A DNA stretch of 20,000 nucleotides from Veleropilina oligotropha (taxonomy: Eukaryota): NCBI GenBank assembly GCA_048128005.1, contig JBEUKZ010000007.1:184570-204569 (forward strand), read 5' to 3'. A program made the translations under genes and the position numbers. Positions within the stretch are counted from its first letter, which is position 1. Every line of letters begins with the position of its first letter. The notes below the pieces were generated by a model. It was given only the letters and a program-made list of their open reading frames with translations. It made no database searches and was not told where the DNA came from. Positions 10,301 through 20,000 of this stretch are shown piece by piece.

Positions 10301-13300
10301 AGAAGGAGATATGGTGGGAAATTGAGAGTCGACTCTTCCATTGGCAAGCGGTCAAATCTATTGTCGCTCCAATTAGTCTGGCCGGCTAGCCGAATTAATC
10401 ATTGTCTGAAAACAATGGGTCAATTAACATTATGAGGTCTATTGTTCACATAAGTTTCCCATGGTGTGTATGTAATAGTTAATACACTGCCAGCCCGAGT
10501 GATATATGCAACTAACAAACGGGTGGCAGCTGTATTATCTGTTATACACACCATGCAAATGTATTGTAAGTTGCAAGATGACATCCCTTAAAACACGAAA
10601 TTGCCCACCATATCGTTCTCTATGGCCTGATATGAGAATAGACTCTTCCATTGGCTGCTTGCCAAATCCTTTGTTACTGCCCAGCTCATGACAAGCAACC
10701 CGGGTAACCCATTGTTATCTTCTTAAGTGGAACAACGGAGTAAGTAACACTGTGAGACCTATTGTTCAAATAACCAACCCCATGGTGTGTATTTCGTAAG
10801 ATCGTTTGGCCGATTGGAGCTGAACATTGCAACGGATTCGTTGTATTGACCCATCAAGCAGCGAACATAACCAATATTACGTTATCTACTTTTGGCCAAT
10901 GGGGTGGGCGCAAATATGCAGTCGTGTAACTTAATTTTTGCAACATATGTTTTATTGTTCACTTCCAGGTTTTGACGAAAAGTGACATTAGCCGAATGTC
11001 GATCACATAGTATTTGGTTATCACGTTATGTTCGCTGTTTGGCAAATTAAGTATTTATCGTGTTATCGCAAGACTTTGTAGACATGGGCAGAGAATAATC
11101 ATTGCTTTTCGCAAGAAGTAAATCTATAACTAAATGCCTGACGTATTCACAGTGAATTCCAATAATAAATTTCGTAATATAACACTTCATTATATAATGA
11201 AGTGTTATATTACGACGCTATGAATGTTTAAAAATGTAAACACAATACGTTAACCGTATTGACATCTTAAAGGAATATTTTACATGATAAAACAGTATAT
11301 TTACTTAGATATGTTGTGATCAAAACAGCGATAGTATAATATGTATACGGTGAATACAGCCATTCATTACGTACTGTGAAGATTGGTTTGCTGACGACTC
11401 TGAAAGTGACGTCACTAATTTATGCACAGTTATAACATAATATTATAGTGAGGCGACGCAACAACGGACTGGCTAATATCAAGTTACTCATCACGGCAAG
11501 TAAAGAGAAAAGCGAATAATTGCATAATATAAGTATTAAAAAATCCATGTTGCATTAATGTTTTTATAGCTTTCAAAAACATACATTAACTAAAAATTTG
11601 AGTACAGTTAACTAACACTTTAAAACGCACGAAAACTCACAGTATTGTAATCCTGAAGGAATTTGACGTGCGTGCGATTCGCGTCCCTGTCGTCAATGAT
11701 ATCACGGACAATCATCTTGAGTGTGCTATCAACGTACATAAATCCAGTGTCCTGTTAATGCATAAAATTTCACTTTTATAACAAATATGTACAATTATAA
11801 CATCATGAAGAAACTACATATTGTCTCTCAATAGAGCAAGTAAAATTGTGGAGTGAAGATAATGTTGGACATATTTGCATATATTTCCTTTGTCTCAATT
11901 CTAAGTAATATTAATAATTGTATGTATCAATCGACCGGTGACATACGTGAAGTTGCGTATCAACATTGTTGGCTGAATTGTAAATGTCGCCGTTTTCCAC
12001 GATTTTGGCGGTCCATTGATCTGCAAAACAGCAACGGGGAGGAGTCGGGTTGCAGAAGTCCGGAACATCAAAGACGCTGGGATCTGAGATTCCATCCTTA
12101 ATGTTAGCGTAAGTTCGCTCCGTAACAAATGTATCTGAAAAACCCCCAGATCTGCCTTAATCCAATAACGAAAGAAGCACGAATGCGTCTTCATTGTAAA
12201 CGCAATATATAATCTCATATCATGTCATGATGATATAATATTAACAGGTGATAACTAGAGTTAACAAGCGGGACGTCGATCCCATAATATAACTTTGGTG
12301 AGCTTTATCCAGACTACGGGACAAACAGAGATATATAGGTGCATCTAACATCTGGGACCAAAATCTGAGACAAATGAATAGACAGACATTATCAAATGTA
12401 GCTTATTTTGACTAATATAATCATATCATAATTATTATTATAAATGTAACATGTCTACTACTGTTATTGTTATCTCTCGCGCGGGGGGGGGGGGGGGGTG
12501 GGGGTGATTCTCGTATAGCGATATCGATGTAGCTCGTTACCTGCATTCTCCACTCTCCAGGCATAGAATACACGAAACTGCTAGGCTTACTAATTTATAC
12601 TTTGTGACGCGAAATCATGTCTCTTCGCAGGAGAGTATGTTAACTGCTTACTGTCTGCAAGCTCCACTCTGATGGTCAACGCTACGGGATAACAATGTTC
12701 AACGGTGGTGAAGGCCGAATATGTGGCGTTATAACTTGTAAATGTCCAAGAGTTCACTGCTGTTGGATGCGACGCCATTCCAAAGTAACTTGTTCCATGG
12801 AATGTTGCGTCATCTGCAAATGTATATTTTTGCAAAGCTTTAAAGCATGCCTTTATACAACTCTCTAAACATTAAAATCATAGACATATATTGCAAAAAG
12901 ATTATGTAACGTTTACATTCTTACCTGAAATACAGGTCAGCATAGGTATGACCATTTCATTTCTTTGACAAGTATTTGCCTCTAGGTCGACGCTGTAAGT
13001 ATATCCCTGAAATGACGTGACATCATAGATTGGATAATTTGAATACAATCATAATAAGCCTCTTATTCCACTAGAACTTACTGTGCTAGTACCAAGATAT
13101 TTTAAACTAACTGGATCTGCCCGCCGGTGGCCGTACACCCCGGCGCCAAGTGGACATGGCCCAAACGCTATTTTTTAGCCGTGCTCCCATATAATAGCTT
13201 TGCCCGAAGTTATGCGTGTGCATTGCGTGACAGCGGAATGAAAGGATTAGAGTTTTAAGTATTAGAAGATGAAAGTAAATTAATTAAGCAACAGGTCAAC

Positions 13301-15962
13301 GCCCATGTTAGCTATTTCTGCAAATTACAGATCATAGCTAACACCACCAATATAAAGATATAACATGATAAATGATAAATGCTGTCACCTAGCTACGTTT
13401 CGGTTAATCCAATAATATCAAACTTGACAACTTCAACGGTAAGGATATCGATATAATTAAGCGACAAAACTTGTAACAATTAAATAATTGTAAATAGGCT
13501 ATGTGGCTCCAGTAAGGTTGGGTAACAGTGGGTTACTATCTACATCTACACACTACAAAGAAGCACCCAACACAACTCTCATGTTATGGAATATTAATTT
13601 GGAAAGGTCATGAGGTTTAAAATTTCTTTTCGCGCAAATCGATGAAATTCATATATCTCTGATTGCTTTACACCCCTGTAAAATGACATGCATGCCTCCA
13701 TAGCGCACCTGCATGAGCGTATAGCATGCTTCATTTCACAAATAAATAAAGAATGACACAAACAAGGCGAAAATTAAAAAATATATAGGTATATAGTATG
13801 CCAGGCGTTTCAGACATGTGGATTTATCTGACACGATAGTTAATAACCGATCGTCACTCTTGGTTTATAAATATCCTGCTTTCATGTGTCTTCCTTTTAT
13901 TTCGTGATATATAAGGATGTCTCTACTCTTTGTAGGCCTATACCATTCAAATCAAATTCGAACAAAATTCTAGACATTCCATGGTTTTGTCGACTGTTTG
14001 AAAATAATATTGTAGGAAATCATTATCATGTGGCACGTCGAGAAAGTTTTAAAAGCAATGCTAATTTATTAAATATTTAATTGTTATGCTTATGAAACTA
14101 CACAGCATCATCGTTTCGAACATGAAATTCAAAAACCTGCTTGAAATATCGAGACAATTTGACGAGTTTGAATTATATATCGTAATTTGGCTAGAGTATA
14201 ACTGCACGCACCTTCACGTAATAGTGAGTATTACTGCTCGCACCTTCTAGGAGTCTAAAGAATAACGGCAGTGGCTATGCGAAACAATATCTGTTCTCAC
14301 TTTCTCATAGTCCAGAGCTTACCTTCATACACCTTAATATAGTTACAATTATACATGCACGCACATCCTCATATGTAGGATAACTGCACCTACATTAAAT
14401 TTGCGTAGTCCGCGGTATAAATGCACTCACCTTCGACTAGTCTATAGTATACTTGTACGCACCTTCGCGAGTCCAGAGTATACATGCACGCACCTTCGCG
14501 AGTCCAGAGTATATCCGCACGCACCTTCGCCTAATCCAGACTATCAGTTCGCTCATCGCACTCACCGCACCAAGGCCAGCGAATAAGTCAACGCACCTTC
14601 ACGTAGTTCGTAGTATAACTGCACTCACCGTCGCATAGTCCTGAATGTATCGAGTTTTGTTGATTTTCATGGCAGCGTCTCCATCTATAACTATCGACGA
14701 GCGCTTTCCAGCGGCATCGTAAACCAAATGTCCAAATCTCTGAAATCAATCATCATAACTATGGTCGTTACCTGTTTTTACCTCTTATTTCGTATAACGA
14801 TGCAACTACAGAACGAAGAGAGGAAAGGTCGAAAAGATATCAAAATACTTGTATTGCGAAAGATGACAACGTGAACCTTTCAAAACGACAATTTCAGCGT
14901 GTCGCTGTATCGTTTTCGTGCTTTCACGTTATCGTCTTTTGCATAAAAATGTCGCCGTGGGGTATTGGCTTCCTATCATGTTGTCCTCTTGGTGGGACGA
15001 CATGACATTAATTAATCAGCCATCATATAGATAAATGATGTTGTGTTTCTTTCATAACATCCAACATAGGCATGATATTCCAAGGACAATATAAGGTGTG
15101 TGCAACGGATTAACGTTATTTACTTGCGATATCCTATGTTCTAGTTCCTAAGAAGAATTAATCTTTGAACTGTGCAACGGATAATAAGAAAAGTACGGGT
15201 ATGTTGATGTAAGATAACACAATTGAGTGTGATCTAATATGTTGTATATGTACCTAAGAACTTTTTTATTTTTGTGCTGGTGATGCTACTATATGTATGT
15301 TCGGAAATTTATGTGTGTATTAACCACTGTTTTTATACGAATACACGAAGATATGTGTCTGTGTATATATGGACACAGCAAACGAATTGACTTAAAGTCT
15401 GACATCTGATCTATCATGTTAGCGTGTGTGTGTCTGTATGTCTGTGCGTATGATTGCAATACGTAGTTTTTCATATTCAGCTTATCTCAGATTTACCTGT
15501 CACTGCCCAACTGTACTTAATATTTGGCGAAACGATTCACATAGGCTTAGTCCTGTTTTCGAATCGCCACAATTTTGATACATATTACTTTTTCCGATAT
15601 CATATATTATTCCTTGTAATATCAACAATATGTTTGCTCCTAATGCTAAACTGAATAAAAATATTGTTAATCTAATCTAAAAATCTAATATGTCTTTAAA
15701 TAAAGATCATCAATGAAGAACAAAATGGGAATTAGCGTGATTGTTTCAATCATCCGTCTATATACGCACGCCAAATTTGCAGTCATGGCCGCTTTTGAAG
15801 TATCAGCATACCTACCTTACGCTGTCGATAATGATCTTTGGGAAGGTCATAACTAGCGCCGTTTGAGATGACATCAGCCTCCCATTGCTGAGGTACGCAG
15901 CATTTATCCGGGTCTGTGGAAACACAGACCGCGACTAGCAGTAACGCGATGAATGCTCTCAT
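6026..15962 (-). CDS. Secreted ependymin-related protein (EPDR) with two tandem ependymin domains. Spliced CDS join(15816-15962,14629-14739,12925-13006,12652-12813,11947-12134,11641-11751,9506-9581,6749-6910,6026-6117), plus probable terminal exon near 5176/5196-5213
   Basis: Manual splicing gives an open 377-codon frame with all GT-AG introns: [31 protein letters not shown]...YDAAGKR...[18 protein letters not shown]...CISDDATF...W...CYPV...[37 protein letters not shown]...QDYNT...C...CIPDDANF...W...GCVPV...FENF...IFQLPTMC. Motifs CC.P.QWE, C.P and GI.DPSVF..P..C match the ependymin family (recognised from memory, no search run). Confidence 0.9.
6245..6512 (+). mobile_element. tRNA-derived SINE, copy 2 (EPDR intron 8)
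   Basis: GAGTGGGTTCGAAAC B-box. CACAGCTGGTCGG...GGGCAACCGGGCTTTCCTCCAGCGATAATATGGA...AAGCATTGATCC aligns with the reverse complement of 9711-9840. Confidence 0.7.
6749..6910 (-). CDS. EPDR exon 8 (paralogous to exon 4)
   Basis: tcttacag|(D)[53 protein letters not shown]+A|gtaaga; 162 nt, phase 1-1; lies within track ORF 6684..7019. Confidence 0.9.
7031..7130. repeat. 20-bp minisatellite, ~5 copies
   Basis: Unit TAACTGATAATCGGTTGATA with a few substitutions; partial unit near 6985. Confidence 0.9.
7228..7394. repeat. Compound (GT)n/(GCGT)n microsatellite
   Basis: Directly visible. Confidence 0.97.
7655..8745 (-). mobile_element. 5'-truncated, internally deleted CR1/L2-group LINE (RT fragment) in EPDR intron 7
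   Basis: [56 protein letters not shown], frameshifted YINDL..LFSDD, then a C-terminal remnant HTYNTRYAR...[11 protein letters not shown]. Confidence 0.88.
9506..9581 (-). CDS. EPDR exon 7 (paralogous to exon 3)
   Basis: ctttacag|[25 protein letters not shown]+G|gtaggt; 76 nt, phase 0-1. Confidence 0.88.
9711..9930 (-). mobile_element. tRNA-derived SINE, copy 3 (EPDR intron 6)
   Basis: Reverse complement GTGGACTTCGAAAATCACTGGCTT matches the copy 1 head. CACAGTTGTCGG...GGGCGACCGGGCTCTCCTCCCGCGATAATATGGA...AAGCATAGATCC matches the copy 2 body. Confidence 0.7.
10127..10792. mobile_element. Two head-to-tail copies of a ~320-345 bp hairpin-ended element
   Basis: 10210-10471 aligns with 10521-10791 (TGTATTATCTGTTATACACAC...CCCTTAAAACA...GACTCTTCCATTGGC...CTATTGTTCA...CCCATGGTGTGTAT). 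Each copy begins with a TAATAG.TAATACA...TGTATTATCTGTTA hairpin. Confidence 0.75.
10855..11041. mobile_element. Small MITE-like element
   Basis: Perfect 13-bp inverted repeats CAGCGAACATAAC (10859-10871) and GTTATGTTCGCTG (11025-11037), extendable to 16/17. TSD not evident. Confidence 0.5.
11172..11215. repeat. Perfect 44-bp palindrome
   Basis: TCGTAATATAACACTTCATTAT|ATAATGAAGTGTTATATTACGA, with no spacer and no mismatch. Confidence 0.95.
11641..11751 (-). CDS. EPDR exon 6 (paralogous to exon 2)
   Basis: ttaacag|[37 protein letters not shown]|gtgagt; 111 nt, phase 0-0. Confidence 0.9.
11947..12134 (-). CDS. EPDR exon 5 (end of domain 1, linker, start of domain 2)
   Basis: tttttcag|(N)[62 protein letters not shown]|gtatgt; 188 nt, phase 1-0. 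Confidence 0.92.
12652..12813 (-). CDS. EPDR exon 4
   Basis: tttgcag|(D)[53 protein letters not shown]+A|gtaagc; 162 nt, phase 1-1; lies within track ORF 12590..12835. Confidence 0.9.
12925..13006 (-). CDS. EPDR exon 3
   Basis: catttcag|[27 protein letters not shown]+G|gtaaga; 82 nt, phase 0-1. Confidence 0.9.
14191..14641. repeat. Degenerate 31-32 bp minisatellite overlapping the exon 2 donor
   Basis: Unit ~GCACCTTCGCGAGTCCAGAGTATACATGCAC (period 31 at 14461/14492/14523), about a dozen diverged units. Confidence 0.85.
14629..14739 (-). CDS. EPDR exon 2
   Basis: gatttcag|[37 protein letters not shown]|gtgagt; 111 nt, phase 0-0. Confidence 0.9.
15816..15962 (-). CDS. EPDR exon 1 (signal peptide and start of domain 1)
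   Basis: ATAATC-ATG start; [49 protein letters not shown]. Donor AAG|GTAGGT is phase 0, as required by exon 2 and matching the homologous donor of exon 5. Confidence 0.9.
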
Positions 15963-16504
15963 GATTATAACGGCCGGGAGGTATGAATGTCAAACGCCAG
16001 CCTTGAATGTACGTAAATGAACCAGAGTCTTATCTTCGCATATGCGATAGTGTTGTTTCTTTCCCAGACATATCTGGTTCGCTATTACCTGTAACGGTAA
16101 TGCCATATAGTGCATAATCGCTTATTTGTCTGCAATATGTATACTTTCTGTATCATACGTCTGGGAATATAAACGTCATATAAATTGAAAATATTAATAA
16201 TATATGTATTGAAATTGTATGAATACGATAGCCAAATATCGTAGTGTCTGAAATACATGTATATTGCTTACAAATACACAAATCATTCTGTTGGATACGT
16301 TTATAAATCTCAATAATGTATTATACGGGTCCGTTTTAATGCAAATCATCGTAATTCTGGCGTGTTATGCTTGATTTGATTGATTTGTAGTTCTGACAAT
16401 CAGGTTATTAAGCATTTTAAGTTGGGTGAGTATGGTCTGAAGATCATAATATGCTGCTGACTCGCCGATGTTAGCAATGGACAACCACGACCGATTCAAA
16501 CGAA

Positions 16505-17168
16505 AGGCTTTTATACGAATCGACCCACATTCGAGCTGCGACTATGCCAGTCTGTCGTACAATCACCTAAGACTGTTTACGATTGCCAATGACTAGTCGC
16601 GCGATTACACGCGACTGGTCGTTGGACATGACAAAACACGACTGGTCGTGACTTTATACGACTGTATACGATTGGCTGTAAATGGATGCGACTGGTCGGG
16701 ACTGAATATGACTGGTTGTGCGACTTTATACGATTGGTCGTGCGACTTGTCGTAATTGGATACGATTAGTCGTGTGACCTACCAAAGACCATCTACGACC
16801 AATTTGGTCGCAGATAGGATTTTGAACATTATCAAAAACTTCTCCACGACTGAATTTTGTTGCGCGACAACCCCAGACCACTCAAGACCAGTTGCATTTG
16901 CGGTCAGACTTGTAGCAAAATATTCTACAATATCTTGCTATTTCCAGTCTTAGCCGTTCGTAACCTGTTGTAAGTTGCCATATCTCAGTGTGGCTGTGGC
17001 GTAACATGATCGAAAACATATCCACTATCGAATTTTCTCATGCAACTACCCTAGACCATCCAAGATCGCTCATGACTTGTCGCGTGACTTTTCTACGAAA
17101 TCTTCCGACTCAGTCGTAACCAGTCGTATCCTGCTGTAAGTTGTCTTATCTCTCTCAGTATGACAGTG
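16505..17168. mobile_element. Degenerate non-autonomous DNA element (PIF/Harbinger-MITE-like) with short internal repeats
   Basis: Many (A)CGACTGGTCG-type motifs in both orientations; duplicated 3' motif TGTAAGTTG.C.TATCTC..AGT.TG (~16968-16998 and ~17135-17165). The superfamily assignment is inference. Confidence 0.5.
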
Positions 17169-17172
17169 TGAT

Positions 17173-17715
17173 TTACATATTTGTAAGAAAGCTTCTCGTC
17201 AGATTAATGTTTTGAAACGTATTGGAAATGTTTAACCCGTCAAGGTAGACTCGCTATTTATTATTCGTTTATCATGAGTAATTTTAACTACTGCCCACTT
17301 ACATGTCATTTTTGCAGCAGTACAAATACCAAAATATTGAGAAAATCCAAGAAATGGCACTTCTTTTTATTCATGATGATTATTCCTGCTCTTATTCAAA
17401 TATTTCGACACCTCTGGCTTGCCATATTTACATGTTGCGAGGTTAAGATATATGACATTCGAAATTCTCGATATACAACCGACAAAGTTATGTTTATCTT
17501 AATGATTTAATCCACCAAATATGCTGTTCCTACACTCTCAGATACGAAAATTTACTAGATATTCCGAGAGTCAGAACCACTACGTATGGTCTTAACTCTT
17601 TTAGATATGCAGGAGCCAAATTGTGGAATGGGCTCCCTAATGAACATCGCAAATCAACCAGTTTTAGCCATTTCAAGGCAGCAATAAATACTTGGAATGA
17701 TGGTATTTGCAAAAA
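17173..17715 (+). mobile_element. CR1/L2-group LINE, decayed 3' fragment
   Basis: Frameshifted ICKKASRQINVLKRIG..IYYSFIMSNFNYCPL..HFCS..EKIQE.AL.FI.DDY...YTLRY..LLDIPRVRTTTYGLNSFRYAGAKLWNGLP..FK..I.TW. Confidence 0.85.
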
Positions 17716-18159
17716 CAGTGCAAAATTAACAGTGTTTCTGGCTTCGGTGATATTTTACTTTATATTTTCTTTTTAACTTTGCCATATCCCTATTTCATGA
17801 TTTGTCTACTTTTAACTAATATCTTTTAAATCACAGTTGTGACGTTATTCATTGTTCTATGCATCCATTACATGGTATAATGTCCTGCAAGCATGAAGTA
17901 AATGTTCAATATTAATCGCCTGCTGTCCATTATTTCGACTAGGTGTCCATTATTACGCTTAATATTGGACAGCGTAATAATGGACAGTGACAAAATAAAA
18001 ACGAGAACGACCGTTCGGATTGTCTTGACCTTTGTCTACCTAGACAGTCTGTTGTATATTAGTGTACGTTAAATGTGATTATACAATCTAACATATTCAT
18101 ACGATGTATTTACTTCCAACTCATGATTTTCTGACAGATGACAATTAAATTATATGATG

Positions 18160-19274
<1,115 letters not shown>

Positions 19275-19305
19275 TATATATACAAGTATATATATATATA
19301 TATAT

Positions 19306-19978
19306 TTATTACCCCTTTGATATATTTCCTCGTTTTTCATTGGTCAATGCGTAATGCATATATCTCAGTGTATGTTAGGTAACGTTAATTTGCCGAGGTA
19401 TAACAGTTTCGTATATCCCGGCAAAATGCGGTCACGTAATTTTGCCGTGGTATACCAAAATGTTTATAATAATCAAGATGGCGGACTACACTCGCTTCAG
19501 ATGGTATTACGTAATTAAACATGCACTAGTCAAATGTAACGAAATGCCGCTACAGTAAGTAGCAATATTTTTCTCAGTAGTTATCATAAGTAATAAATAA
19601 AAGCAATAAATACGTCCCGACAATAGAAAGCGAAATTGTAAAATATCGCGCTAAGGAAAATGTAACGTTAATTTGCCGTGGTATAACAGTTTTGGTATAC
19701 CCTGCAAAATGCGGTCACGTGATTTTGCCGTGGTATACCAAAATGTTTGTTTTAAATGATGGACGCTATAGTGATATCGACAGTAATTATTTATGCCTAA
19801 ATATGAACGAAACTGTGAATAAGAATGGGTAATAAATTCGTCATACTGGCTATTGACGGGGTATACGGGATTTAACACCCTCCAAAATTTCGTATTTCCT
19901 GAGGCTGCGCCTCAGGAAATACGAAATTTGGAGGGTGGTAAAATCCCGTATACTTCGTCAAAAGCCAGTATAACTAAT
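19306..19978. mobile_element. Non-autonomous element with a long terminal hairpin and an 87-bp internal direct repeat
   Basis: Hairpin at ~19845-19970 with ~60-bp arms around GAGGC-TGC-GCCTC; direct repeat at 19379-19465 and 19662-19748; flanked by TA tracts. Confidence 0.7.
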
Positions 19979-20000
19979 AGTATATATATATATATATATA

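Noticed and set aside
11853..12218. Track ORFs 11901..12218 (-) and 11853..12101 (+) as proteins
   Set aside because: They are shadow frames of EPDR exon 5, whose real frame is a different minus-strand frame.
14191..14641. CRISPR-like array of ~31-bp repeats
   Set aside because: Units are contiguous and degenerate with no unique spacers, there are no cas genes, and the context is a eukaryotic intron.
15963..16200. Core promoter or 5' UTR exon of the EPDR gene
   Set aside because: A donor-like CAG|GTAAT near 16088 and AT-rich boxes exist, but nothing is specific enough to call without transcript data.
17923..17988. Short inverted repeat TGTCCATTATTACGCT...AGCGTAATAATGGACA as a terminator or ncRNA
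   Set aside because: Eukaryotic context; most likely a small transposon remnant, with no further support.

Overview
AT-rich, repeat-laden eukaryotic DNA; a marine invertebrate origin is inferred from the repeat content and gene family. The main content is a spliced minus-strand gene that the ORF track largely misses. I assembled nine coding exons by hand (15962 down to 6026), all with GT-AG introns and a continuous frame, plus an uncertain short terminal exon near 5.2 kb. They encode a secreted ependymin-related protein (EPDR) with TWO tandem ependymin domains: signal peptide, then 2 x ~175 aa, each CC..QW...C...C...C.P...F..P..C, joined by a 6-aa linker. The two halves share intron positions and phases (0,0,1,1) and near-identical exon sizes (111/82/162 vs 111/76/162 nt), which indicates an internal gene duplication and fusion. 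The rest is decayed mobile DNA: an RTE-clade LINE, two CR1/L2-like LINE fragments, an internally deleted hAT element, three copies of a tRNA-derived SINE, hairpin-ended non-autonomous elements, a MITE in a (TA)n tract, and mini/microsatellites. One minisatellite appears amplified from the exon 2 splice donor.
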